From NCBI GenBank assembly GCA_049643885.1, contig JBARQV010000029.1, forward strand, positions 24,997-88,996: 64,000 bases of DNA. The letters are read 5' to 3'. A model generated the notes under the pieces. The model ran no database searches. It saw only the letters and a list, made by a program, of their open reading frames with translations, and had not been told where the DNA came from. The stretch is from Candidatus Omnitrophota bacterium (GTDB lineage Bacteria; Omnitrophota; Gorgyraeia; Tantalellales; Tantalellaceae). This document shows positions 47,511 to 56,640 of the stretch, piece by piece (position 1 is the first letter of the stretch; each line of letters starts with the position of its first letter). A program made the translations under genes and the position numbers.

Positions 47511-48884
47511 CTACCCCACTACATTAAAATGTCTCAGCCGGAAACTCGCGCCAAGCTCTTCGGCTATACGGCGGCACCCGCTGACACCCTCCCCCGCCAG
47601 GTCGAGGCACGTCACTTCTACACCGATGCCCTCTTTTCTGCAGCCCTGGATGAACTCAAGGATGGCATCATACGCGTTTTCCCCGAAAACCGACCGGCAA
47701 AGCCTATCATATGCCGCGGCGTCGGGGGCGTTCAAGCTGACGGATACATCGTCGATCAGCCCGGCCAGTTCTGATATTATCGGCCTCCGGGCGATCAAGC
47801 TCCCTTCGCCGTTCGTCACCATCCGTACCTTAACGCCCTTTTCTTTAACGTAAGAAGCTATTTTTTTAACGGCGCCCAATCGAAGTGTCGGTTCGCCGAA
47901 ACCGCAGAACGTAACTTCATCATAACCGGAAATATCACCCATGGCCGCGATTATTTCTTCAACAGAAGGTTCCTTCTCGAGTTTGAGGTTATGTCCTTTG
48001 ACAAAATTCGATATGTAACGGGTGCAGAACGTGCACCCGTTGGTGCACCTGTTGGTAATGTTCAGGTATAGAGAATTTCTTATCGCGTAAGCCGCCTTGC
48101 TCTTTTCCTCGATCCCGAGCCTGAACAGGTAATTGGCGTTATGAGTGGTGATCCTTGCTATGTCTTCCGCCGTAAGGTTGTACAGGCCGGAGTAGACTTC
48201 GAGAAGGTGCCGGACATTCCCAGGTTCGTTCCTTTTTCCCCTGGCCGGTTCGGGTGAAATATACGGGGAATCCGTCTCCAGCATCAGCCGTTCCACCGGC
48301 ACAGACTTGACCAGATCTCTAATATCTCCGGCTTTATCAAACGTTATGTTCCCGGCGAACGAGACGAACATCCCGAGCTCCAGTATCTCCTCTAAAAACT
48401 TATTGTCCCCTGAAAAACAATGGACGACCCCGCGTATCCCGGAGAACTCGGCTTCTTTCAAAATGGACAAAAAGTCCTTACCGGCCGCACGGTTATGCAG
48501 GATCACCGGCAGGCCAAGTTCTTTCGCGACAGACAAACATCCCCTGAACAGCTTCTTCTGGTTTTCGGGGCTGGAATATTTCCTGTAATAATCAAGGCCT
48601 ATCTCACCGATAGCAATTATCTTATCCTTACCGATAGCGATATCGCGCAGCCTGGATATATCGTCATCGCCAGTCTTGTCGGCATCATGAGGATGTATCC
48701 CGGCGGCAGCGAACACCGCGGGATATTTTCCGGCCAGTTCCGCCGACCTCTCGGTGCTGGCAACGTTCGTCCCCGGGGATATCACGCGGACAACACCCGC
48801 CTCTTCGCACCTTTTAAGGACGTCGGTAAGGTCTTCTTTGAAATCCGGAAAATCAAGATGACAATGTGTATCGACTAAACGCAT
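47511..48884 (-). CDS. TatD-family metal-dependent hydrolase (N-terminal about 260 aa) fused to a radical-SAM domain (C-terminal about 200 aa, CTNGCTFCT cluster).
   Basis: The N-terminus is MRLVDTHCHLDFPDF (TatD). The C-terminal part has a CxxxCxxC motif and resembles the TatD-associated radical SAM family, which is normally a separate gene. The ORF track runs to 49031, overlapping ogt. Confidence 0.7.
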   Translation of the reverse strand: MRLVDTHCHLDFPDFKEDLTDVLKRCEEAGVVRVISPGTNVASTERSAELAGKYPAVFAAAGIHPHDADKTGDDDISRLRDIAIGKDKIIAIGEIGLDYYRKYSSPENQKKLFRGCLSVAKELGLPVILHNRAAGKDFLSILKEAEFSGIRGVVHCFSGDNKFLEEILELGMFVSFAGNITFDKAGDIRDLVKSVPVERLMLETDSPYISPEPARGKRNEPGNVRHLLEVYSGLYNLTAEDIARITTHNANYLFRLGIEEKSKAAYAIRNSLYLNITNRCTNGCTFCTRYISNFVKGHNLKLEKEPSVEEIIAAMGDISGYDEVTFCGFGEPTLRLGAVKKIASYVKEKGVKVRMVTNGEGSLIARRPIISELAGLIDDVSVSLNAPDAAAYDRLCRSVFGENAYDAILEFIQGCRKEGIGVEVTCLDLAGEGVSGCRRIAEELGASFRLRHFNVVG

Positions 48885-49180
48885 CTTATGCCTTCTTTTT
48901 CCAGCAGTTGTCTTTTTTTCTTTATCCCTTCCGAGTAACCCCCGATCGTACCATCGGCTAATATGACCCTGTGGCACGGCACGTGAGGAGCATAAGGATT
49001 CTTTCCCAGCGCCTGCCCCACAGCCCGGCAAGCCCCCGACGACCCCGCCTTTTCAGCTACCCAGGAATAGGAACGCACCTTGCCTTCGGGAATATCCAGG
49101 ACCGTTTTGAGAACTTTCTTCTGAAATAGCGTAAGGCCGGGATCCTTATCGATCTTTACGCGGAAAAAACTTTTCTTCAT
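48875..49180 (-). CDS. ogt: Methylated-DNA-protein-cysteine methyltransferase family protein (DNA-binding domain, PCHRV active site)
   Basis: About 100 aa from MKKSFF, with motifs PCHRV and YSWVAEKAG. Confidence 0.75.
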   Translation of the reverse strand: MKKSFFRVKIDKDPGLTLFQKKVLKTVLDIPEGKVRSYSWVAEKAGSSGACRAVGQALGKNPYAPHVPCHRVILADGTIGGYSEGIKKKRQLLEKEGIRCV

Positions 49181-50772
49181 TTGATTCTCATGAACAGAGG
49201 CTCGCCTTTGGCCACCTTTATGCCGGGCGGGAAATCTTTCCAAAATGCTTTATCCTTTCTCTGCTGGACTTCTTCCACTATTTCTTCACCGATCTCTGTT
49301 TGTCCCGCATCTTTGAACAGCGATCCCAGTCCGAGCTGTTTCCACATTTTCGCGGCCGTAGAGGGCATGAACGGTGAAATACATAAGGCAGTGACTCTCA
49401 AAACTTCCAAAAGGTCCGATATGACGAGTTTGATCGCTTCGATATTGCCCTTTTTCGAATGTTCCCACGGGGCCGACTCCTCGATGTATTTATTGGCCTT
49501 CCCGACGGCCAGCATGATGGATTCCAGGGCTTCCTTGAGCATCAGCCTGGGACTGGCCAGGTTCTTGTCGACCCAGTTGAACGTCTGCTCGACCACGGAA
49601 CGCAGTTCGTTGCTGAGTTCTTTCTGCCTGAAGTCGTCGACATCTTCCCTGGTTTCCGGTGAAACACCGTCAAAATATTTTTCTACCATGGTAAGGGTCC
49701 TGTTCAAAAGGTTACCGAGATCATTCGCGAGATCGCTGTTATACATGGCGACCAGAGCATCTTCCGTGAACGATCCGTCCATCCCGAAATTTATGGCTTT
49801 CAGGACAAAATAGCGAAGAGGATCTTCCCCGTACTTTTCTTTAAGCTTTATCGGATCAACAATATTTCCTTTGGATTTTGACATCTTCTCTTCGCCCATC
49901 TTCCACCACCCGTGGGCGAATATTGTCTTTGGTAATTCCATGCCGGCGCTTTTAAGCATTATCGGCCAGTAGACGGCGTGGTGCCTCAAGATATCTTTTG
50001 CTATCACGTGGAAATCCGCCGGCCACATCTTCTCAAATATACCGTTCTTCTTGGGCCCGGATGTATAATTAATAAGGGCATCATACCAGACATAGACAAC
50101 ATAACCCTTATCGAACGGGAGCTCTATGCCCCAAGACAACCTCTCTTTGGGCCGCGATATGCAAAGATCGTTAAGTTTCTCCCGTAAAAAACCCAGCACC
50201 TCATTACGGCGGAAATCAGGCATAACAAACGACGGGTTCCTATCTATGTACTCGATCAGCCAATCCTGGTATTTGCTCATCTGGAAAAAATAATTCTTCT
50301 CTTTAAGTCTCTCCACGGGCCGCTTGCATTCCGGGCATACGCCTTCTTCGGCCTGGGTATCGGTCCAGAAAGTCTCGCACGGCGTGCAGAACCACCCGTC
50401 ATATTCACCCGGGTAAATATCTCCGCTGTCATACATTTTCTGGAGAAAATCCTGAACTTCCTTCTCGTGCTCCTTGTCGGTCGTGCGTATAAAATCGTCA
50501 TATTTTATATTAAGTACTTCCCATGCCTTTTTGAAATTCGGAACGATCGTATCAACGAATTTTTTCTCTTCACCCTTTTTGAAACCGGCCTTTATGCATG
50601 CTTCCTCTATCTTTTCACCGTGTTCGTCCGTGCCGGTGAGAAAGAACACTTCATCACCCAGCATCTTGTGATATCTGGCTACCGCGTCGACCGCTATCTG
50701 CGTGTAAGCGTGCCCTATATGAGGGTTGGCGTTGACATAATATATGGGAGTAGTGATGTAAAATTTCCCCAT
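49177..50772 (-). CDS. metG: Methionyl-tRNA synthetase (short form, no C-terminal tRNA-binding domain)
   Basis: 531 aa with PYVNANPHIGHAY (HIGH) and KMSKS motifs. Confidence 0.95.
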   Translation of the reverse strand: MGKFYITTPIYYVNANPHIGHAYTQIAVDAVARYHKMLGDEVFFLTGTDEHGEKIEEACIKAGFKKGEEKKFVDTIVPNFKKAWEVLNIKYDDFIRTTDKEHEKEVQDFLQKMYDSGDIYPGEYDGWFCTPCETFWTDTQAEEGVCPECKRPVERLKEKNYFFQMSKYQDWLIEYIDRNPSFVMPDFRRNEVLGFLREKLNDLCISRPKERLSWGIELPFDKGYVVYVWYDALINYTSGPKKNGIFEKMWPADFHVIAKDILRHHAVYWPIMLKSAGMELPKTIFAHGWWKMGEEKMSKSKGNIVDPIKLKEKYGEDPLRYFVLKAINFGMDGSFTEDALVAMYNSDLANDLGNLLNRTLTMVEKYFDGVSPETREDVDDFRQKELSNELRSVVEQTFNWVDKNLASPRLMLKEALESIMLAVGKANKYIEESAPWEHSKKGNIEAIKLVISDLLEVLRVTALCISPFMPSTAAKMWKQLGLGSLFKDAGQTEIGEEIVEEVQQRKDKAFWKDFPPGIKVAKGEPLFMRIK

Positions 50773-50778
50773 AACCCG

Positions 50779-51585
50779 TTACTTCGCCTCCTTTTCTTCT
50801 ACTACCATGTCCTTTATCCTTCCTTCCCCGAGGTCTACCGTTACCATCCTTTTCAGGGGATTGACGGCAATGATCCTACCCTTTCCCATTTCGGTCTTTA
50901 TCTCCCTGCCTATCTTGGGCATCCCCTTGTAAAGCTCCCTGTAACATTTGGATTCGTACCCCAGGCAGCACATGAGCCTGCCGCAGAGACCCGATATCTT
51001 AGAGGGGTTCAAGGGCAGATTCTGTATCTTGGCCATCTTTATCGTCACAGGGTTGAAGTTCCTCAAAAACGACATGCAGCATAGCTGGCGGCCGCAAGGG
51101 CCGAAACCGCCGAGCAAACGCGCCTCGTCCCTTACCCCGATCTGCCTCAACTCGATCCTTACCCTGAAAATACTGGCCAGGTTCTTTACCAGATCACGAA
51201 AATCGACGCGGCCCTCCGACGTGAAATAAAAAATGATCTTGGACCGGTCAAAAGAATATTCCGCATCGACCAGTTTCATGGGAAGATTATGTTCCTTGAT
51301 CTTCTGTTCACATATATTCATAAGGTCCTTTGTCTTTGCCTTGTTCTTGGCGATCTGTTTCTCATCCCAGGGGTTGGCTTTCCTTATGATCTTCCGCAAA
51401 GGCCTTTCGATGGAACTTACATCGGTGACCTTCTCGGCATGTGACGCGACTTCTCCGCACTCAAGGCCCCTGTCGGCCTCGACTATGACCTTGTCTCCCG
51501 TATTGAACTTCATGCTGCCGGTCAGGAAATACTTCACCTCTCCGGCAGTCCTTAGCTGCACCAGAACGACTTCTTGCGCATGCAT
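50779..51585 (-). CDS. PSP1 C-terminal domain protein (YaaT/RicT-like)
   Basis: 268 aa with PSP1 domain cysteines (CGRQLCC, CGRLMCC), located downstream of holB as in Firmicutes. Confidence 0.8.
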   Translation of the reverse strand: MHAQEVVLVQLRTAGEVKYFLTGSMKFNTGDKVIVEADRGLECGEVASHAEKVTDVSSIERPLRKIIRKANPWDEKQIAKNKAKTKDLMNICEQKIKEHNLPMKLVDAEYSFDRSKIIFYFTSEGRVDFRDLVKNLASIFRVRIELRQIGVRDEARLLGGFGPCGRQLCCMSFLRNFNPVTIKMAKIQNLPLNPSKISGLCGRLMCCLGYESKCYRELYKGMPKIGREIKTEMGKGRIIAVNPLKRMVTVDLGEGRIKDMVVEEKEAK

Positions 51586-51641
51586 GTTTCACCTCTATAT
51601 GTTTATCAAAAGACAGAAAAATCTGTCCTCTGTTTTCTGGA

Positions 51642-52634
51642 CTATCGCAGCACTCCAGGCAACACCTGGGCGACAAGCTTTGGATTGGCGTTTCCCATGA
51701 GTGCCCATTTAAGTTCTATCAGTTTTTCGACTACTTCCGATATCCTCGATACCGGGTACTTTTCATAGAACCGGCACATGTCTCTGTCTACCAGTTCTTT
51801 GTCCAGGACCAGTTCTTTCAGTCCTTCCTTCTCAAGAGCGACATCCCGGAAAAACATGATCAAAAGTTCAATGTCCTCCAGAAGGGCGTCCTTGCCTTCC
51901 TTGTCCCATCCCAGGCAGGCCGCGTTTTCTTCCAACGCTATTCTCTCCAGCATATCCGCTATATCCTGCCTTCTTTTCAGGATCCCTTCGTCGATCACTT
52001 CCAGGGCGCGCCCCGGAGACCCTTCCGTAAAACCGGCCAGGAAAAAAGCGGATTTCTCATCGATGTCGGAAGAATTCATTATGATGTCCTTCGTTTGCAC
52101 CAGGGAAAGGGAATTGAATTTCACCTCCGCGCACCGTGATATGACAGTCGGGAGCAAAAGTTCCTTTTTGCCTGATATAAGGATCAGCAAAGACTGCGCC
52201 GGGGGCTCTTCCAGTATCTTTAAAAGCGCGTTCGAAGCTTCCACCGTCATCATGTGCGCGTCCTCTATGACGCAAGCATTCACCGGGGCCTCGTAAGGTT
52301 TCAGGTTGAGTACGTTCCTGGCCTTGCGGATCTCTTCGATCTTTATCTTCCTGTTCCTGCCTGGTTTTATCCACATGATATCCGGGTGGGCAAGCCCCTC
52401 CACCCTCCGGCAGGAATGGCACCGGCCGCACGCCTTATCGGGCTCGCCTTCTTCTCTGCAAACGAGAGCCATGAGAAAAGCTTTCGCGGTCAATGCCCGA
52501 CCAACCCCTTCCGGACCGTAAAACAAATAACCATTGGCCCTTCTTCCCGAAGAAAGGCTTTTGGAAAGATATTTGACGGCGTTACCCTGTCCCTGTATAT
52601 CGTTCAATAAGACCATAAACCGCTTCCCGGACAA
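51642..52634 (-). CDS. holB: DNA polymerase III delta' subunit
   Basis: AAA+ clamp-loader fold with motif GPEGVGR and a Zn module CGRCHSC. Confidence 0.85.
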   Translation of the reverse strand: MSGKRFMVLLNDIQGQGNAVKYLSKSLSSGRRANGYLFYGPEGVGRALTAKAFLMALVCREEGEPDKACGRCHSCRRVEGLAHPDIMWIKPGRNRKIKIEEIRKARNVLNLKPYEAPVNACVIEDAHMMTVEASNALLKILEEPPAQSLLILISGKKELLLPTVISRCAEVKFNSLSLVQTKDIIMNSSDIDEKSAFFLAGFTEGSPGRALEVIDEGILKRRQDIADMLERIALEENAACLGWDKEGKDALLEDIELLIMFFRDVALEKEGLKELVLDKELVDRDMCRFYEKYPVSRISEVVEKLIELKWALMGNANPKLVAQVLPGVLR

Positions 52635-53241
52635 GCTCGTAAGTCTTGTCTTTATCGTCCTTCACTTCTATTACGCTTATCCTGTCGGAAAATCTTTTCG
52701 CCAGTTCAAGGTAACCCTGCCGGACCTTCACATGAAACTCGTTTCCCCGTTTTTCCATCTTATCGGCGGGGTGGTTAGCCGTGGCGCGGGCCAGGCCCGT
52801 AGCCGTGTCGATATCCATTAAAAGCGTCAGGTCGGGTTCGAGGCCCCCCGTGGCCATGCTGTCTATTTCTTCGATCTTTTTCAGGTCCATCCCGAGACCG
52901 TATCCCTGGTAGGCGAAAGTAGCGACATTGAAGCGGTCACAAAGGACTATTTTCTTAGCCTCAAGAGCCGGCAATATCACTTCCGCCACGTGCTGTGCGC
53001 GGTCGGCTTCAAAGAGAAGAAGTTCCGCTTTTTGTACTACACTTATGGGGGCGGCACCGTATCCAAGCAGTATACCCCTCAACTTCTCACCAAGGTTCGT
53101 CCCTCCGGGTTCAGCAGTATGGATAACATCGTATCCCTGGGATAAAAGGTCCTCGTGTATCCGGCGGGAGTGCGTGCTTTTGCCGCTTCCTTCAGGGCCT
53201 TCAAACGCTATAAAAATACCTTTGGTCAGCTTTTTCGCCAC
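52582..53241 (-). CDS. tmk: Thymidylate kinase
   Basis: P-loop FEGPEGSGKST. Confidence 0.9.
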   Translation of the reverse strand: MAKKLTKGIFIAFEGPEGSGKSTHSRRIHEDLLSQGYDVIHTAEPGGTNLGEKLRGILLGYGAAPISVVQKAELLLFEADRAQHVAEVILPALEAKKIVLCDRFNVATFAYQGYGLGMDLKKIEEIDSMATGGLEPDLTLLMDIDTATGLARATANHPADKMEKRGNEFHVKVRQGYLELAKRFSDRISVIEVKDDKDKTYELVREAVYGLIERYTGTG

Positions 53242-54698
53242 ACAGGGCCTTCCGGGGTATCCTCTACGACCACCCCTTTTTCCATAAGTTCAGTCCGCAA
53301 TTTATCAGCGGCAGAATAATCCTTATTTTTCCTGGCCTCTTCCCTGCGCTCCACGAGTTCCTCGATCTGGGCGGTCTCTTTTTCATCAAGCCTGACCTGC
53401 CTGAGCGATAAGCCCAGCAGGTTGCAGAACCGCAATATAAAATTTTTCATGACACCGGCCCGATGAGTCTTTTCCGCCGGCTGCATTTTCTCGTCCGCCA
53501 TAAAATCGTTTCCCATGTGAACCGCTTCAAATATAACGGAAAGCGCCGAGGAAGTATTGAAATCGTCATCCATGGCGTTCTCAAATCTCTCCTGCAGTTC
53601 ATTCACTGTCCTCTGGGCCTTATCCATCACTTCCAGGTCTACATATCCTTCCGGAATGGCGTAATTCTCAGATATCCTTAACGCTTTATCGATGAATATC
53701 ATTATCCGTTCCTTTGAACGGCGGGCCTCTTCTATCTTCTCATCGCTGTAGTCCACCGGGCTGCGGTAATGGCTGCTAAGAAAAAATATCTTTAAAAGGT
53801 CCGGATCCTTATACTTGTCAAGGAAACCGGAGATGGTGATAAAGTTCCCGAGCGACTTCGACATCTTCTCACCGTCCACGCTCAAGAGACCGTTATGCAT
53901 CCAGTAGTTGGCGAATTTCATGCCGGTAGCCGCCTCGGCCTGGGCGATCTCGTTCTCGTGATGAGGAAAAATAAGATCAAGGCCTCCGCCGTGTATATCG
54001 AATTCGGACCCGAGCAACCCCGTGCTCATCACGGAACATTCTATGTGCCAGCCGGGCCTCCCTTTTCCCCAGGGGCTGTCCCAACAAGGTTCGTCTTCTT
54101 TGGATTCTTTCCACAATGCGAAATCAAGGGGATGCTCTTTCCTTTCGTCAGGGCTGATCCTGACGCCATGCATCATCTGTTCCTTGTCCTGCCTTGAAAG
54201 TTTCCCGTATTCCTTGAATTTCTCAACACTGAAATAAACGCTGTCTCCGACCACGTACGCGTATCCCTTCTCGATCAAGGTTTCGATGAATTTGATCATA
54301 TCATTTATGTTCTCGGTCGCCCTGGGTTCGACGCTCGGGGGCCGGATACCCAGCATGTCTATTTCCCGGTGATAGATATCAAGGTACCTGGCCGCTACAT
54401 CTTTCACTCTTTCCCTGAGCTGGGCCGCTGAATATCCTTTACTTATCTCCTGCAGCTCGTCTGAAGCCTTTTTTATGATCTTGTCATCCACGTCGGTGAC
54501 GTTCCTCACAAAAAATATCTCATACCCGGCATGTTCGAAATATCTTGTTATGACATCGAAAACGAACGCGCTCCTGGCATGACCGATATGGGGGACATCA
54601 TATACAGTCGGGCCGCAGACATACATTTTGACCTTTCCTTTTTCCAAGGGCGTGAATTCTTCCTTCTCCCTGGTAAGGGTGTTATACAGATGGATCAT
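53226..54698 (-). CDS. cysS: Cysteinyl-tRNA synthetase
   Basis: 490 aa with HIGH and KMSKS motifs. Confidence 0.95.
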   Translation of the reverse strand: MIHLYNTLTREKEEFTPLEKGKVKMYVCGPTVYDVPHIGHARSAFVFDVITRYFEHAGYEIFFVRNVTDVDDKIIKKASDELQEISKGYSAAQLRERVKDVAARYLDIYHREIDMLGIRPPSVEPRATENINDMIKFIETLIEKGYAYVVGDSVYFSVEKFKEYGKLSRQDKEQMMHGVRISPDERKEHPLDFALWKESKEDEPCWDSPWGKGRPGWHIECSVMSTGLLGSEFDIHGGGLDLIFPHHENEIAQAEAATGMKFANYWMHNGLLSVDGEKMSKSLGNFITISGFLDKYKDPDLLKIFFLSSHYRSPVDYSDEKIEEARRSKERIMIFIDKALRISENYAIPEGYVDLEVMDKAQRTVNELQERFENAMDDDFNTSSALSVIFEAVHMGNDFMADEKMQPAEKTHRAGVMKNFILRFCNLLGLSLRQVRLDEKETAQIEELVERREEARKNKDYSAADKLRTELMEKGVVVEDTPEGPVWRKS

Positions 54699-55426
54699 TC
54701 GCTCTTTTCCTTTTTCTTCTCGTGATATTCGCCTATCTCGTGTTCGATATGATCGATCTCGTGCTGCAGCCTTTCCAGTGCCTGTTGAAGAGGGTCAGGC
54801 AGCGATGAATGGTCCAGATTTATACCGGCCGGGAGGCGCTCACCGCGCTTTTTAGCGACCCGTCCGGGAACGCCTACCACCGTCGAATCATCCGGGATAT
54901 CGCGGATCACAACGGCATTCGCCCCTACCATGACATCGTTCCCTACAGTGATATTGCCGAGGATCTTAGCCCCCGCGCCTACGACCACATTATCCTTGAG
55001 CGTAGGATGGCGCTTGCCTTTTTCCTTCCCGGTCCCGCCAAGGGTGACCCCCTGGAACAGGGTAACGTTCTCCCCGATAATGGTAGTCTCCCCGATGACC
55101 ACACCCATGCCGTGATCGATGAAAAAGCCCTTGCCGATCTCGGCGCCGGGATGGATCTCTATACCGGTTATCCACTTGCCGAACTGGGATAAGAAACGCG
55201 GCATAAAAGGAACTTTCCATTTTCTCAAAGTATGAGCGGCCTTGTAGAACATAAGGGCGTGCAGACCGGAATACGTGAAAATGACTTCCGCGTAATTTGA
55301 AGCCGCCGGATCTCTTTCCATGGCCGCCTTGATCTCATCCTGGAAAAACACGCAGGCGGTCAAATAAAAGATCAACCCCAGCGCTAAAAGAACAAAGATT
55401 ATCATAATAAAGGTTACCATTATCAC
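54695..55426 (-). CDS. cysE: Serine O-acetyltransferase (left-handed beta-helix hexapeptide repeats)
   Basis: Hexapeptide repeat core GAEIGKGFFIDHGMGVVIGE. The N-terminal hydrophobic extension may not be translated. Confidence 0.85.
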   Translation of the reverse strand: MIMVTFIMIIFVLLALGLIFYLTACVFFQDEIKAAMERDPAASNYAEVIFTYSGLHALMFYKAAHTLRKWKVPFMPRFLSQFGKWITGIEIHPGAEIGKGFFIDHGMGVVIGETTIIGENVTLFQGVTLGGTGKEKGKRHPTLKDNVVVGAGAKILGNITVGNDVMVGANAVVIRDIPDDSTVVGVPGRVAKKRGERLPAGINLDHSSLPDPLQQALERLQHEIDHIEHEIGEYHEKKKEKSE

Positions 55427-55441
55427 TCCTTCCGGATGATA

Positions 55442-55915
55442 CTAAATTTCTTCCAGTAAAACTACCGCATATGAAGCGATAGCTTTCCCTTCGCCGATCT
55501 CGCCGACCTTTTCGGCCGTTTTGGCTTTTATGTTGATCCTGTCCGTCGGGATATCCAGTATATCGCTGATCTCCCCGCTAATGCTTTCACGATAAGGCCC
55601 GATCTTCGGTTCTTCAGCAATAATAACGCAATCCAGGTTCCCGACGGTAAACCCACCAGCATCCATCAGGCCTTTTACGTCCTTTAAAAGCTTCTTGCTC
55701 GAGATATCCTTGTATTTCGGGTCCGTATCCGGATATCTCATGCCTGTATCTCCGCTTCCCAGGGCTCCCAGGATAGCGTCGCATATGGCATGGAGAAGCG
55801 CGTCAGCGTCGGAATGCCCTTCCAAGCCCCGGGGGTATGGGATGTTCACTCCTCCCAGAACAAGAGGCCTGCCTTCAACCAGCCTGTGTATATCGTATCC
55901 AATCCCTATCTTCAT
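55442..55915 (-). CDS. ispF: 2-C-methyl-D-erythritol 2,4-cyclodiphosphate synthase
   Basis: 157 aa with GIGYDIHRL and GHSDADALLHA motifs. Confidence 0.95.
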   Translation of the reverse strand: MKIGIGYDIHRLVEGRPLVLGGVNIPYPRGLEGHSDADALLHAICDAILGALGSGDTGMRYPDTDPKYKDISSKKLLKDVKGLMDAGGFTVGNLDCVIIAEEPKIGPYRESISGEISDILDIPTDRINIKAKTAEKVGEIGEGKAIASYAVVLLEEI

Positions 55916-55938
55916 CTCAAATATCTAACATCCAACAT

Positions 55939-56625
55939 CTAACTTCCAATATCCAATATCGCCTCAGCCAGAGCCAAATCCTCAGGTACCGTCACCTTGA
56001 TATTCTTCTTGTCACCCGGAACTATGCGGACTTCCGCACCCAGACGTTCCACAAAACTGGAGTCATCAGTCGCATCCGACTCCTCAAACCTTTCATAAGC
56101 CTTTCTGATGATCCCGTACCTGAACGCCTGAGGGGTCTGGGCTTCCCAGAGAGCACTCCTGTCAACGGTCCCTTCGATAATACCTCCGTTTGCCACTTTC
56201 TTTACCGTAGATGTACAGGGAATACCCAATATAGCGGCCCCGGACCTGCGGGCCTCTTCCACCACTGACCGTATCGATTTTTCCGTCAAGAAAGGACGTG
56301 CCCCGTCGTGTATCAGGATGATATCGTCATCAGCGGCCTTTATTTTTTTCAGGCCGTTGACAACGGACTTTGTCCTTGTCGCACCGCCGGGAACTATACC
56401 AGTGACCTTTTTCAACCCGTATTTATCGACCGCTTGCTGCGCTTCCCGGATATATTTTTCTTTGACGACCAGGATCACGTCATCGATAAGGCCGGACTTC
56501 TCCAGCGATGACAAAGCGTAAAAAATAAGCGGCCTGTTCTTAAGTTCTAAAAAGGGCTTATCGTCCCTCTTGTTAGACATTCTCCGACCGGAACCCGCTG
56601 AGGGGATTATAGCTCTGACTCTCAT
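55939..56625 (-). CDS. ispD: 2-C-methyl-D-erythritol 4-phosphate cytidylyltransferase
   Basis: 228 aa with IIPSAGSGRRM. Confidence 0.9.
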   Translation of the reverse strand: MRVRAIIPSAGSGRRMSNKRDDKPFLELKNRPLIFYALSSLEKSGLIDDVILVVKEKYIREAQQAVDKYGLKKVTGIVPGGATRTKSVVNGLKKIKAADDDIILIHDGARPFLTEKSIRSVVEEARRSGAAILGIPCTSTVKKVANGGIIEGTVDRSALWEAQTPQAFRYGIIRKAYERFEESDATDDSSFVERLGAEVRIVPGDKKNIKVTVPEDLALAEAILDIGS

Positions 56626-56640
56626 ATCATCGACCTGTTA

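Noticed and set aside
51586-51641. Weak hairpin plus UUUUG (GACAG-AUUUUU-CUGUC) between holB and the PSP1 gene as a terminator
   Set aside because: A 5-bp stem and a short U-run are too weak to call. An SD (AGAGGUG) follows immediately and the genes are probably co-transcribed.
55916-55975. Direct repeats CCAATATC x2 / ACATCYAAC x2 near the ispD-ispF junction as a regulatory motif
   Set aside because: Most of the repeat lies inside the ispD C-terminal coding sequence (...AEAILDIGS). The actual intergenic spacer is only about 23 nt, so there is no evidence for a separate regulatory element.
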